This document shows, piece after piece, positions 51,412 through 61,874 of a DNA stretch of 64,000 nucleotides (position 1 is its first letter; every line of letters begins with the position of its first letter). This DNA is from an uncultured delta proteobacterium (lineage in GTDB: Bacteria; Myxococcota_A; Polyangia; Haliangiales; Haliangiaceae). The translations under genes and the position numbers were made by a program. The DNA lies in assembly GCA_963848295.1 (NCBI GenBank), contig CAWKDB010000010.1, positions 1,504,001 to 1,568,000 on the forward strand, in the 5' to 3' direction. The notes under the pieces are model-generated. The model had not been told where the DNA came from. It did not search any database and saw only the letters and a list, made by a program, of their open reading frames with translations.

Positions 51412-52384
51412 GCGATGCCTCCGGCCGGCGTTCCGGCGTCGCTGCTGCGGCACCGACGCGATCGACGAAGATCTGATGCAGCGTCGGCGTCACGACCTCG
51501 AACCGGCGCAACCCGACGTCGGCGGCGAGCAGCGCGGCGAGTAGCTTCTGCGGCGTCGCACCCTCGGCGAGCTTGACCTCGCAATCGGCGGTGTCGCCGT
51601 GACGCGGCTCGTGTTGCGAGACCACGAGCGCGGCCTCGCCGAACGGCCCCTTCGCTCGCTCGCGCGACGCGTCGTCGGCAAACGCCAGCGCGACCAGCCC
51701 CTCGGCGGCGGAGGCGCGCTTGATCTCGCGCAGCGGCCCGTCGAGCACCTTCTTGCCGCGCGCGATGATGCAGACGTGGTCGCAGACCTTCTCGGCTTGC
51801 TCCATCTGGTGGGTCGAAAACAACACGGTGCGGCCCGAGGTGCGGATCTCCTCGACCACGTCGCGCAGGACCTCGGCATTGATCGGGTCGAGGCCGCTCC
51901 AGGGCTCGTCGAGGATGACGATCGCGGGCTCGTGGATCAGCGCGCACGCGAACTGCACCTTCTGCTGCATGCCCTTCGACAGATCCTGCACGCGGTTCTT
52001 CGTCCACGCGGCGAGCCCGAGCCGATCGAGCCACTTGCCCGCGCGCCGTCGAGCCTCCGCGACCTTCAAGCCGCGGAGCTCGCCCATGAACTCGATCATC
52101 TCGACGACCTTCATCTTCGGGTACAGCCCGCGCTCCTCGGGCAGGTAGCCGATGTGAGCCGCCGCTTCCCGGCCCGGCTTGAGCCCGTCCATGACGGTGA
52201 TCTCGCCGGCGTCGGGCGCGATGATGTCGTTGATCATCCGCAAGATCGTGGTCTTGCCCGCGCCGTTGGGGCCGAGGATGCCGTACACCACGCCGCGCGG
52301 GAGCTCGAACGAGACGCCGTCGACCGCGACGTGATTGCCGAAGCGTTTGACGACCTCGTGAACGACGAGCGCGTGCTTGGTCAT
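51404..52384 (-). CDS. ABC transporter ATP-binding protein (NatA/YhaQ-like)
   Basis: [52 protein letters not shown]. Confidence 0.92.
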   Translation of the reverse strand: MTKHALVVHEVVKRFGNHVAVDGVSFELPRGVVYGILGPNGAGKTTILRMINDIIAPDAGEITVMDGLKPGREAAAHIGYLPEERGLYPKMKVVEMIEFMGELRGLKVAEARRRAGKWLDRLGLAAWTKNRVQDLSKGMQQKVQFACALIHEPAIVILDEPWSGLDPINAEVLRDVVEEIRTSGRTVLFSTHQMEQAEKVCDHVCIIARGKKVLDGPLREIKRASAAEGLVALAFADDASRERAKGPFGEAALVVSQHEPRHGDTADCEVKLAEGATPQKLLAALLAADVGLRRFEVVTPTLHQIFVDRVGAAAATPERRPEASHA

Positions 52385-53331
52385 GCCGCGTCCCCTAGCA
52401 CCGCACGCTCGAGCACCGCCATGCGGATCGCGACGCCCCAGCTCACCTGCTGCAAGATCACGGCGCGTGGCCCGTCGGCGACTTGCGGCGACACCTCCAC
52501 GCCGCGATTGATCGGCCCGGGGTGCATGACGATCGCGTCCGGCTTCGCGAACGCGAGCGTGCGTTCGGACAAGCCGAACGTCCGCGACAGCTCGCGGGTG
52601 TTCGGGAACCGCGGCGCCTCGCCGTCGAACCGCTCGTGCTGGACGCGCAACATCATGACGACGTCGGCGCCGTCGAGCCCATCCTCGAGCCGGGGATAGA
52701 CTTTCACGCGCTCGCGCGTCAGCTCGCCGCCGATCTCCTCGATGCCGCGCGGGATCAGCGTCCAAGGCGCCACCAACCTGACCCGCGCGCCGAGCTTGGT
52801 CAGGCACAAGATGTCCGAGCGCGCGACCCGCGAGTGCGCGATATCGCCGACGATCGCGACCTCGAGGCCTTCGACCTGGCCTTTGTGGCGGCGGATCGTC
52901 GCGGCGTCGAGCAGCGCTTGCGTCGGGTGCTCGTGCTGGCCGTCGCCGGCGTTGATGATCGCGCACTTCGAGGTTTGCGCGAGCAGCGCCGCGGCCCCGC
53001 CGAAGGCGTGGCGGACGACGATCGCGTCGGGGTGCATCGCCTGGAGGTTGCGCCCGGTGTCGATCAGCGTCTCGCCCTTGGTCGTCGACGACGACGACGC
53101 GGCGATGTTGATCGCCTCGGCCGACAGCCGCTTCGCGGCGAGCTCGAACGAGGTGCGCGTTCGGGTCGAGCTCTCGTAGAACAAGTTGATGACGGTGCGC
53201 CCGCGCAGGCTCGTCAGCTTCTTGATCGGCTCGTCGCTCAACGACCAGTAACGATCGCCGTGATCGAGGATCCGCACGATCTCGGCGGCGTCGAGGTGAG
53301 CGATGCTGACGAGGTGCCGAGGCTCGGTCAC
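52381..53331 (-). CDS. pyrB: Aspartate carbamoyltransferase catalytic subunit
   Basis: [67 protein letters not shown]. Confidence 0.97.
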   Translation of the reverse strand: MTEPRHLVSIAHLDAAEIVRILDHGDRYWSLSDEPIKKLTSLRGRTVINLFYESSTRTRTSFELAAKRLSAEAINIAASSSSTTKGETLIDTGRNLQAMHPDAIVVRHAFGGAAALLAQTSKCAIINAGDGQHEHPTQALLDAATIRRHKGQVEGLEVAIVGDIAHSRVARSDILCLTKLGARVRLVAPWTLIPRGIEEIGGELTRERVKVYPRLEDGLDGADVVMMLRVQHERFDGEAPRFPNTRELSRTFGLSERTLAFAKPDAIVMHPGPINRGVEVSPQVADGPRAVILQQVSWGVAIRMAVLERAVLGDAA

Positions 53332-53372
53332 GCCTTCGTATATCAGATGCAGCGCGGTGTTATCGTGCCGAC

Positions 53373-54233
53373 GTGGCTCTAGAGCGCGTCGATCGCACCG
53401 GCCAGGTGATCGGCAGCCGATACCGGCTGGACCGCCTGATCGGCCGTGGCGCGATGGCCGAGGTCTACCAGGCCGCGGATCTCCAAGACAACACGCATGT
53501 AGCGCTCAAGTTGTTGCGCGGCGCGCACCTGACGGATCGAAGCGCGATCGCGCGGTTCAAGCGCGAAGCCGAGGTGCAGGCACGGCTGCGCCATCGCAAC
53601 ATCGCCGCGCTGCTCGCGACCGGCGTGACCGAATACCAAGAGCCGTATCTGATCGTCGAGCTGCTGCGCGGCAAGTCGCTGCGCGGCGCGATCAAGGCCG
53701 GAGCGGTCGAGCCGGTGCGCGCGGCGAGCTACGGCTGGCAGGCGCTGCAAGGCCTGGCCGCGGTGCACTCGGCCGGCGTGCTGCATCGCGATCTCAAGCC
53801 GGCGAACATCATGCTCGAAGCGTCGCCCGGCCCGGTCGAGCGCGTCGTGCTGATCGACTTTGGCTTCGCGACGTTCGAGGGCTCCGCGAAGCTGACCGCT
53901 CAAGGCACGGTCGTCGGCTCGCTCACGTACATCGCACCCGAGCGGCTGCGCGGGGACGTGACCGATCACCGCGCCGATCTGTACGGCATGGGCGTGATCC
54001 TGTTCGAGTTGCTCACCGGCCGCCCGCCGTTCGTCGCCGACGACGACTTCGATCTGATCGACATGCACGTCAACGAGGACGCGCCGCGCCTGCGCACACT
54101 ACGGCCCGATCTGCCGGCACCGCTCGACGACGTGCTCGCGCGTGCGCTCGCCAAGCACTCGAAGGATCGCTACGCGGATGCGCTGGAGATGGCGAACGCG
54201 CTCGAAGCCGCGGCGCAGGCGATCTCGCGCTAA
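53373..54233 (+). CDS. Serine/threonine protein kinase (catalytic domain only)
   Basis: [36 protein letters not shown]. Confidence 0.93.
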   Translation: MALERVDRTGQVIGSRYRLDRLIGRGAMAEVYQAADLQDNTHVALKLLRGAHLTDRSAIARFKREAEVQARLRHRNIAALLATGVTEYQEPYLIVELLRGKSLRGAIKAGAVEPVRAASYGWQALQGLAAVHSAGVLHRDLKPANIMLEASPGPVERVVLIDFGFATFEGSAKLTAQGTVVGSLTYIAPERLRGDVTDHRADLYGMGVILFELLTGRPPFVADDDFDLIDMHVNEDAPRLRTLRPDLPAPLDDVLARALAKHSKDRYADALEMANALEAAAQAISR

Positions 54234-54241
54234 CGCGAGCC

Positions 54242-56188
54242 TCAGTCACACGCGCCGGTCGAGCAGTCACAGGGTGCGGGCGCGGCGTCGAGCATGCACT
54301 CGTTCGAGATCACGCCGTTGAGGCCGAAGTCTTCGGCCAGCCGGAGCGCGGCCGGCTCGCGGTTGATCCCGGAGTGCGTGCCGTTGTCGACGGCCGGCGG
54401 GACGTTCGTCGTCGGCGGTAGCGGCGTCGGGTGCGCGTCGAACACGTTGACCGCGTTCTGGAGCGGCAGCGTCCCGTCCTCGAGCCCCCACGCGGTCTTC
54501 ACCGACGGTGCGAGCACCGGCAGGCCCATCGTGCGCGAGATCAGCTCGCTCGTGAGGTTATTCACGAGGCAGTCGCCGAGCGAGTACCACAACAAGATGT
54601 TCTTCACCGGCGTGCCTGGCAGCGGGTCCGAGATCACGTGCGCCGCGGTCGTGATCGGGTCGTACGGCTCCATCGCCATGCCGAGCAGCGCGACGTTGGT
54701 CTGATAGACCGCGGGATCCTCGTACGCGCCTTGCGCCGCGCCGATCAGCAGCGACCAGGCGTTCGACCGCTCGAACAACATGTCCCAGTCGCCGCCGGCG
54801 ACCGCGAGCACGCCGCGCGTGATGTTCGGGTCGTAGGCCATGAACGTGTTGCCCATGATGCCGCCGAGCGATCCGCCGATGTAGTACTCGCGCGTCGTAT
54901 CCATCACCGGCTGGCCCATATACGAGAACTCCTGCGACGTCGCCATCGGGCCGCGCGCGATCGTCTCGAGCGCCATGAAGTCGATCACCGACTGGCCGAG
55001 CTTCTCGGCGATCTGCGGCGCGCGATTCATGTCGTTGACGGTGAGCGGCGCGAGCTGGAGCTGGCGATCGGTCAGGCCGATGAAGTCGCCGGCGACGATG
55101 ATCACGCACAGCTGGTTCGCGAGATCGATCGTGAACGGATCGCTGATGTACTCGGCCGACGAGCCGAACAGGCCGTGGCCGAAAACCACGATCGGCCGCG
55201 GCAGCGGCATCATCGTGACGCACTCGGGAATGATCGCGGCGAACCGCGCATCGCGCAGGCCTTGCAGCACCGGCGAGCCGCTCGCATCGCGCGCGATGAT
55301 CGAGTCGTCCTCCTCGCCGTCGTCGAGGAACGTCGGCGACTTGAACGTGCCGGTGTAGCTGACGTACGTGTTCGTCGTGCCGGTCGTCGGGGTCGCGGCG
55401 AACGACAACGCCGAGCCGTTCGTGCCCATCGCGGGCAGCGCAGCGGCGCGCATCGTCATCAGGTCGCCTTGCAGGAAGTCGTCGGTCGCGGTGACGAAGT
55501 CCCACGCGAGCACGAGCTCGCTCTTGTCGATCCCGGCGGACGACAGCGCGGCGAAGATGTCGGCGTAGCGCGGCACGAGCGCGGCGAACCGCGGATGGTC
55601 GAAGCTCTTGCCGTCGCGCAACGCGGCGAACGCGGCGGGCACCGGCAGCGGGCTGCCGTCGGCGGCGGTCACGGTATTGCGAATCGCGACGACATAGTGG
55701 CCGCCGCTCTTCAACCGCGCGAGCGGACGGATGATCAGATCCTGGGCCGACGGCACGGTGATGTTCTGGTCGATCTCGGCGAAGAACGGCTGATGCTCGC
55801 CGGTGTCCATGTCGAGCAACACGATCGGCGAATCGTCGGCGAGCGATTGACTCGGATCGGCGTAGCCCGGCAGCCCGTTCGAGGACACGCCGGTCGGAAA
55901 CGACGCGAGGATCTCGCCGATCGGCGAGAACCCGTCCCACCGGTCGAGCGGACCGGGATCGACTTCGATGCCGTCGATGTTCGTCGGCATCGCCTCGATC
56001 GGAACGTCCACCCGATATCCGGTCGGGCTCGACGAGTCGGTCGTCGCGTACGTCATCGACGGCCACGGCAACAGGCAACCGCCACCGCCGAGTGGATTGC
56101 ACTCGTCGGGGATGCCGCTGGTGTTGCCGCCCCCGCCACAGGCCGCAATCGTCAGCGCGAGCGATGACCAAAATCGTCGGAGCTGCAT
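54242..56188 (-). CDS. Lipoprotein alpha/beta hydrolase (lipase-like) with N-terminal Ig-like region
   Basis: IAAC lipobox; CLLPWPS, DGFSP, VVFGHGLFG, YIGGSLGG (GxSxG); start MQLRRF. Confidence 0.75.
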   Translation of the reverse strand: MQLRRFWSSLALTIAACGGGGNTSGIPDECNPLGGGGCLLPWPSMTYATTDSSSPTGYRVDVPIEAMPTNIDGIEVDPGPLDRWDGFSPIGEILASFPTGVSSNGLPGYADPSQSLADDSPIVLLDMDTGEHQPFFAEIDQNITVPSAQDLIIRPLARLKSGGHYVVAIRNTVTAADGSPLPVPAAFAALRDGKSFDHPRFAALVPRYADIFAALSSAGIDKSELVLAWDFVTATDDFLQGDLMTMRAAALPAMGTNGSALSFAATPTTGTTNTYVSYTGTFKSPTFLDDGEEDDSIIARDASGSPVLQGLRDARFAAIIPECVTMMPLPRPIVVFGHGLFGSSAEYISDPFTIDLANQLCVIIVAGDFIGLTDRQLQLAPLTVNDMNRAPQIAEKLGQSVIDFMALETIARGPMATSQEFSYMGQPVMDTTREYYIGGSLGGIMGNTFMAYDPNITRGVLAVAGGDWDMLFERSNAWSLLIGAAQGAYEDPAVYQTNVALLGMAMEPYDPITTAAHVISDPLPGTPVKNILLWYSLGDCLVNNLTSELISRTMGLPVLAPSVKTAWGLEDGTLPLQNAVNVFDAHPTPLPPTTNVPPAVDNGTHSGINREPAALRLAEDFGLNGVISNECMLDAAPAPCDCSTGACD

Positions 56189-56236
56189 CGCCGCGACCCT
56201 ATCACCGACCGCGGTTGTTGCATCTGAGTAAACACG

Positions 56237-56923
56237 ATGGACCCGGCACGCCGTAACGCTCGGCGTTATGCTGCACGCGTGCTGCGTGCGTGGCTGGATG
56301 GTTGGCTGTACCGACGCCCCTTCGAAGGGGCCAGCGCGCGGCGTTATGCCTCTGCCGAGCGGCCCGCGTTCGGTGACTTCGACGACCGGCTGGTCGCCTC
56401 GCTCGGCGACGAGCTGCGCCGGGCCGAGCGGGTGCTCGAGCTCGGCAGTGGTCCGGCCACGTTCGCGCGCCGGGCCGCGAAGGCGGCTCCGACCGTGACG
56501 GTGATCGCACTCGAACCGAGTCGCGATCTCGCGCGTCGGAGCCGTGGCCTCGGCGTGGTGCGAGCCGTCGGCGAGGCGCTGCCGCTCGCCGCAGCCTCGA
56601 TCGATCTCGTCGTGTGCGTATCGTCGATTCGCCATGTCCGCGATCGGCCGGAGGTGTTCCGCGAGCTGCGCCGCGTCCTCCGGCGCGACGGCATGGTCGT
56701 GATCGCGGAGCTCGATCCCGCCGCCGACGCGCACCGGATCGCGAACCACGCGGCTCGGCTCGGGTCGACCGTGTTGCGCCACGCGTTCGGGCCGCTCGTC
56801 GTTCGCACCGCGCCGCGCGCCGACGCGATCGCCGAGCTCGCCCGCGCCGCCGGGTTTCGCGAGCGTTCGCGTCGCGCCGATCCGATCCAGCCGTTCTACG
56901 TGATGGAGCTCGAGGTCGCGTGA
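56237..56923 (+). CDS. Class I SAM-dependent methyltransferase
   Basis: VLELGSGPA, ALEPS, EALPLAAASIDLVV, ELRRVLRRDG. Confidence 0.85.
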   Translation: MDPARRNARRYAARVLRAWLDGWLYRRPFEGASARRYASAERPAFGDFDDRLVASLGDELRRAERVLELGSGPATFARRAAKAAPTVTVIALEPSRDLARRSRGLGVVRAVGEALPLAAASIDLVVCVSSIRHVRDRPEVFRELRRVLRRDGMVVIAELDPAADAHRIANHAARLGSTVLRHAFGPLVVRTAPRADAIAELARAAGFRERSRRADPIQPFYVMELEVA

Positions 56924-58311
56924 TGCAAAGCCCCGGCGATCACTACCTCGCATCCGACGCCGAGCCCGGCTCCGACACGTTCATGGGCGTGACCATCGGC
57001 CGCGCCGCCAATTCCCTGATCGCCGACGCGATCGCGCATGCCCACGCCGCTCGCGCCGCGATTCGCGACCTCGACGGCGACCTCCCGACCCAACCGCTCG
57101 CCGTCACGCTGCGCCGGCGCGGCGATGCCGGCGCGAGCGTCGAGACCAGCGGACTCGGTGCGGTCGCATTCGCGATCGGCGATCATGCGTGGTGGTGCGA
57201 GCTACGCTCCGCGATCGACGACGAGCGCGAGCTCGCCACCGAGCTCGTCGCCGCGCTCGAGGCGCTCGCACGGCATCGCTCACCGCCGTCGGGAACCGGG
57301 CGCCTGCAACCACGCGGTCGAGGTGCGACTCCGTTCGTGACGATCTCGATCGGCGACGAGCCGAGCGCGCTCGCCCGTCATGGCCATCGCCGAGGCTGGA
57401 CCACCGCCGACACGGCGGGCGGCGAGCGCGGGCCATGGTTCGGGCTATCGCGCATCGGCGAGCTCGCGATCGTCTCGACCTGCCACCTCGCGATCGACGG
57501 CTATGGCCACGCGGCGTTGACCGCGCTGATCGGCCAGCACGCCCGCGAGCTCGCGCCCCGCGCCGCAGCGATCGTGCCGGATCATCCAGCAGATGCTCCG
57601 CCACTCGCCCTGGTCGACGGCGGCATCGCGCTCGGCATCGCCTGCCGCTCGATCGAGATACCATCGCCCCGGGCGATCCCACTCGCCTACGCGCTCGGCC
57701 AGCTGTTGCATCGCGTCGCCGGCGTGCCGTCCGCACGACTATCGCCGGCGTTTCAGATCCCCGTCGCTCGCCTCCCGCCGGCACATCGCGACGCCGCGAT
57801 CGGACGCGATCCGATCGTCGAGCGCGCGCGCCGCCGCCGCCGCGTCGTGCCCGCGATCGCGAGCCTGCGGTTCGCCCACGGCTCCCCCGAGCCGTATGAC
57901 GTGTTCGCGCGGCGGGTTCGCGCGACCCTGCAACGCGAAGCTGAAGGCCGCGGCATGATCTCGCGCCTGCTCGCCGCCGCACGCGTCGCGCCTGCCCCGC
58001 TCGCGTGGAAGCGCCTCGCGTTGTCGCCGGTGCGCCCGCGCTGGCTCGATCGGTTCGCCGACAAGCTCGGCGGTCGCGCGTGCTTGTCGCGGATCTGCAT
58101 CGAGATGCCCGCTCCGATCGCGTGCGCGGTGTCGGCTCCGGGCCGGATCGCCACGCCCGACGACCGGTTCGGCGGCTGCGTGATCACGATCGTCGATGAT
58201 GGCCAGCAGGCCTCGATCACGGCGTGCGGGTCGGGGTTGGCAGGCACCCACCGCGACGCCGAAGATGTGATCTCCGAGTTACTCGAGCGGCTCTCGACGC
58301 AAGCGGTGTAG
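56923..58311 (+). CDS. Hypothetical protein with HxxxDG motif (CoA-dependent acyltransferase/condensation-like)
   Basis: IVSTCHLAIDGYG at 57484-57501; TGATG coupling to the methyltransferase gene. Confidence 0.5.
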   Translation: MQSPGDHYLASDAEPGSDTFMGVTIGRAANSLIADAIAHAHAARAAIRDLDGDLPTQPLAVTLRRRGDAGASVETSGLGAVAFAIGDHAWWCELRSAIDDERELATELVAALEALARHRSPPSGTGRLQPRGRGATPFVTISIGDEPSALARHGHRRGWTTADTAGGERGPWFGLSRIGELAIVSTCHLAIDGYGHAALTALIGQHARELAPRAAAIVPDHPADAPPLALVDGGIALGIACRSIEIPSPRAIPLAYALGQLLHRVAGVPSARLSPAFQIPVARLPPAHRDAAIGRDPIVERARRRRRVVPAIASLRFAHGSPEPYDVFARRVRATLQREAEGRGMISRLLAAARVAPAPLAWKRLALSPVRPRWLDRFADKLGGRACLSRICIEMPAPIACAVSAPGRIATPDDRFGGCVITIVDDGQQASITACGSGLAGTHRDAEDVISELLERLSTQAV

Positions 58312-58408
58312 CGCAGCTCACGCAGTTCGCCGGCGGATCTGAGTCGGCTTCGAAATGTTGCGCAATTTGTTCACCAGCGACCTTGGCTAGCGCGTTAGCG
58401 TGCCGGCC

Positions 58409-60199
58409 ATGAAGACCGTTCTCGCCTGCCTTGCTATCGCTGCCATCGGTTGCGGTCCCTCGAAGCGCGGCGACGACACGACACCCACGACGCACATCGA
58501 GATCGAGCCCGCCGACGCGACCGTCACGATCGTGAATGGCGCGGCCGTGATCGAGGACTACACCGCGACGTTGGTGACCGCGAGCGGCGATCGCTCCGAC
58601 GTCACCGCGTCGACGACCTTCAGCGTCGGCGATCCGACCTACGGGTCATGGTCCGGTCCCGCGCTCACCGTCACCGGCGGCGCCGCGGGCCCGACCCAGA
58701 TCGTCGCGTCGTCGGGCGCGAACATGGGCACGACCTCGCTGACCGTGATGGTGCAAGGCTTCCGCAACGACGGCAGCGTGCCGGCGAACGCCGCCGACCT
58801 GTTCGGCGCCGCGACCGAGACCCCCGCGATCGCTCCGACGATCGCCTATCCCGCGAACGGCGTGACGATGCCGCCGAACCTCGGCGAGCTCGATGTCCAC
58901 TGGCAGGGCGCGAGCGACGACTTGTTCATGGTCGAGATGCAAAACCAGTACGTCGATCTGAAGATCTACAAGGCGGGCTCCGGCCCGGTCTACACGAACT
59001 ACCTCGCGACCGAGTGGTACTCGCTCGCGAGCACGCACAGCGAGCTCACGCTCACGGTCGCGGGCCTCGTCACCGCGAACCCGGCGCAAAAGGGCACGTC
59101 GACTCCGCAGACCGTCGAGGTCACGAACGAGGATATCGCCGGTGGCATGTACTACTGGACCAACGAGCCGACGCAAGGAATCATGCGCTACGACATGAGC
59201 ACGCCGGACATCGCCCCGGCGTCGTTCTTCACGAACCCGGCACAGCCGACGGCCTGCGTCGGCTGCCACGGGTTGTCGCGCGACGGCACGAAGATCGCGC
59301 TCACGCTCGACAGCGGCGACGGTCGCGGCACGGTGTTCGACGTCGCCAGCTACAACGTGATGGTGCCGTACGCGACGAACCCGCAGTACTGGAACTTCGC
59401 GACGTTCACGCCGGACGCGACCGAGCTCGTGACCGTGTTCGAAGGCCAGATGTCGCTGCGGTCGACCAACGGCGGCGCGGTGATCTCCGCGATCCCGTCG
59501 AGCGCCGGCATGCTCGCGACCCATCCCGAGATGTCGCCCGACGGCACGCGCCTCGCGAACGTCGAGACGACCGCTGACTCGGAAGACTTCCAGGTCGAGG
59601 ACGGCTCGATCGTGACGCGCACGTTCGACCATACGACGAACACGTTCGGTGCGGTCACCACGCTCGTGCCGAACGCGTCCGGTGCATCGAACTACTACCC
59701 GTCGTGGTCGCCCGACGGCCAGTGGATCGCGTTTACCCGCACGACCGGCAACTCGTACGCGGATCCGTCGGCGGAGGTCTGGGTCGTCAAGGCCGACGGT
59801 TCGCTGCCGCCGATCCAGCTCGCGCTCGCCGACACCGCGACCGGGAGCCTCGAGAACTCGTGGGCGCGCTGGGCGCCGTTCCCGCAGTCGTTCGGCAGCA
59901 ACGACGAACCGCTGTTCTACCTGACGTTCTCGTCGATCCGCCCGTTCGGCGTCCGACCGCTATCGACGAGCGTGTACGGCACCGATCCGCAGCTGTGGAT
60001 GGCGCCGTTCTACCCGGACCGCGCGATCGCCGGCACGGATCCGTCGGGCCCAGCGTTCCGGGTCCCGTTCCAAGATCTCGCGACCGGTAACCACATCGCG
60101 CAGTGGACCGATGCGGTCGTGATCGCGCGCAACGCCGACGGCACGCCGTTGACCCAAGCCGAAGCCGCCGCGAACGCGAAAGCGAACGCGAAGAACTAG
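58409..60199 (+). CDS. TolB-like beta-propeller (PD40) lipoprotein with Ig-like N-terminus and CxxCH motif
   Basis: AIGC lipobox; HPEMSPDG, YPSWSPDGQWIAF, NSWARWAP; CVGCH at 59255-59269. Confidence 0.8.
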   Translation: MKTVLACLAIAAIGCGPSKRGDDTTPTTHIEIEPADATVTIVNGAAVIEDYTATLVTASGDRSDVTASTTFSVGDPTYGSWSGPALTVTGGAAGPTQIVASSGANMGTTSLTVMVQGFRNDGSVPANAADLFGAATETPAIAPTIAYPANGVTMPPNLGELDVHWQGASDDLFMVEMQNQYVDLKIYKAGSGPVYTNYLATEWYSLASTHSELTLTVAGLVTANPAQKGTSTPQTVEVTNEDIAGGMYYWTNEPTQGIMRYDMSTPDIAPASFFTNPAQPTACVGCHGLSRDGTKIALTLDSGDGRGTVFDVASYNVMVPYATNPQYWNFATFTPDATELVTVFEGQMSLRSTNGGAVISAIPSSAGMLATHPEMSPDGTRLANVETTADSEDFQVEDGSIVTRTFDHTTNTFGAVTTLVPNASGASNYYPSWSPDGQWIAFTRTTGNSYADPSAEVWVVKADGSLPPIQLALADTATGSLENSWARWAPFPQSFGSNDEPLFYLTFSSIRPFGVRPLSTSVYGTDPQLWMAPFYPDRAIAGTDPSGPAFRVPFQDLATGNHIAQWTDAVVIARNADGTPLTQAEAAANAKANAKN

Positions 60200-60990
60200 G
60201 ATCGGCGCGCGACCATCGCGCCGATCTTCGTCGCGAGCTTCGGCGACGCGCGAAACATCGCGGCGAGCACTCGCGCGTCGGTGCCGACCGTGCGCACCGC
60301 CGGATTCGTGCGGACCGCGTCGAGGATCGCGTCGGCGACCTTCGACGGCGGCGCGCCGCGCTTCTTGAACGTCTCGACGATCTTCGCGCGAGCGCTCGTG
60401 ATCTCGCCCGCGGTGCGAGAGTCGGCGACGATCTGGGTCGCGATCATGCCCGGGCAGATCGCCGTGACCCCGACGCCGTGGGGCTCGAGCTCGGCGCGCA
60501 GCGACTGCGAGAACCCGAGCACCGCGAACTTGCTCGCGACGTACGCGGTCGAGCGCGCCGCCGGAAAGATCCCGAAGATGCTCGCGATGTTGACGACCTG
60601 ACCGCGACCGCGCTTCGCCATCTGCGGCGCGAAGAAGTGGCAGCCGTAGACGACGCCGCGCAAGTTGATCCCGAGCAGCCAGTCGATATCGTCGAGGCTG
60701 GTCTCGATGAAGTTGCCGGCGACCGCGACGCCAGCGTTATTGACGACGACGTCCGCGGCCGGTGCGTGCTCGTGGACCGCCGCGGCGAACGCTGCCATCT
60801 GCGCGCGATCGGCGACATCCACCGCGTGCGCTAGCAGCAAGCGCTCTCCGAGCTCGGCGGCGACCGCATCCACTCGGGTGCGATCGACGTCGCAGATCGC
60901 GACGCGCGCCCCGTTCGCCGCGAGCGCATGTGCGGTCGCCCGACCGATGCCGCTCCCCGCTCCGGTCACGACCGCGATCTGTCCGTTCAC
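60196..60990 (-). CDS. Short-chain dehydrogenase/reductase
   Basis: VTGAGSGIG, NNAG, YVASK (YxxxK), CPG; GTG overlaps the upstream stop. Confidence 0.92.
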   Translation of the reverse strand: MNGQIAVVTGAGSGIGRATAHALAANGARVAICDVDRTRVDAVAAELGERLLLAHAVDVADRAQMAAFAAAVHEHAPAADVVVNNAGVAVAGNFIETSLDDIDWLLGINLRGVVYGCHFFAPQMAKRGRGQVVNIASIFGIFPAARSTAYVASKFAVLGFSQSLRAELEPHGVGVTAICPGMIATQIVADSRTAGEITSARAKIVETFKKRGAPPSKVADAILDAVRTNPAVRTVGTDARVLAAMFRASPKLATKIGAMVARRS

Positions 60991-61802
60991 GCTGCCTCCG
61001 GCATCGCGAGACCACGCTCGGCGAACCACGTGCCCGCGAGGTCGTAGTTGGCGTCGTCGTTCGGATGAAACCCGCGCCTGAGGTAGCGCCGGATGCCGGC
61101 GCTGAACAGGCCCGTGACGACGCTGGTGTGTTGGCCCGCCGCTCGCAGCTTGCGGAGCTGCGCGAGCGCTTGCCGCCAGCTCAAGCCGTCTTGCTTGATC
61201 AGCATCGAGGTCGCGGAGAACCACCAATAGGCGAGCGTCGTCGTCGCGTAGATCAAGCCGGCGATGCGCAGCGCGTACGACGGATCGACCGCGCGCAACA
61301 CGTCGAATGCGACGGCTTTGTGCTCGATCTCCTCGGCCGCGTGCCACGCGAGCAGCTTGGCCATCCGGGGATCGATCGCATCGAGCAGGCCCGCGCGAAA
61401 CGCATCGTCCGCGAGCATCGCGGTGAAGTGCTCGGCCGCCGCGGTGGCGGAGAGGTTGAGCTTCGCGGGGACGCGCGCCTCCATCCAGCCGTGGACTCGC
61501 GCGTAGCGCTCGAGGAACGTGTCGATGTCATAGCCCTGGGCGCGCAACACCTTGTTGAACTCGTCGTGGGCATGGGCGTGCCGGCCCTCCTGGCCGTAGA
61601 AGCCCTTGATCTGAGCGCGCAGCGTCGGATCGGTGATCGCGTCGGCGAACTCGTGGACCGAGCGCACGAAGAATCGTTCGCCGTGGGGGAACAGCATATT
61701 GATGCCGTTCGACACCGCGGTCGCAGCGGCGCTGCCCGCGAACCAATGGCGCGGGACGCCGGTCAGGTCGTCGTCGAAATCGCGTGGGGTCGGGATCGCC
61801 AT
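60987..61802 (-). CDS. Predicted metal-dependent hydrolase (ferritin-like, PF10118-type)
   Basis: FPHGERFF, FYGQEGRH..AH, TAAAEHFTA, WHAAEEIEHKAVAFD, GFHP. Confidence 0.88.
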   Translation of the reverse strand: MAIPTPRDFDDDLTGVPRHWFAGSAAATAVSNGINMLFPHGERFFVRSVHEFADAITDPTLRAQIKGFYGQEGRHAHAHDEFNKVLRAQGYDIDTFLERYARVHGWMEARVPAKLNLSATAAAEHFTAMLADDAFRAGLLDAIDPRMAKLLAWHAAEEIEHKAVAFDVLRAVDPSYALRIAGLIYATTTLAYWWFSATSMLIKQDGLSWRQALAQLRKLRAAGQHTSVVTGLFSAGIRRYLRRGFHPNDDANYDLAGTWFAERGLAMPEAA

Positions 61803-61830
61803 GATGCCTCCTGTGACTCCAGGTTAACAC

Positions 61831-61851
61831 CTATTGACCTTAAGTCAATAG
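61831..61851. promoter_or_regulatory. Putative TetR operator, inverted repeat CTATTGAC-N5-GTCAATAG
   Basis: Perfect 8-bp arms in the AT-rich gap between the divergent hydrolase-SDR operon and the TetR gene. Confidence 0.8.
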
Positions 61852-61874
61852 CCTCCAGGTGTATGGTAAACGCT

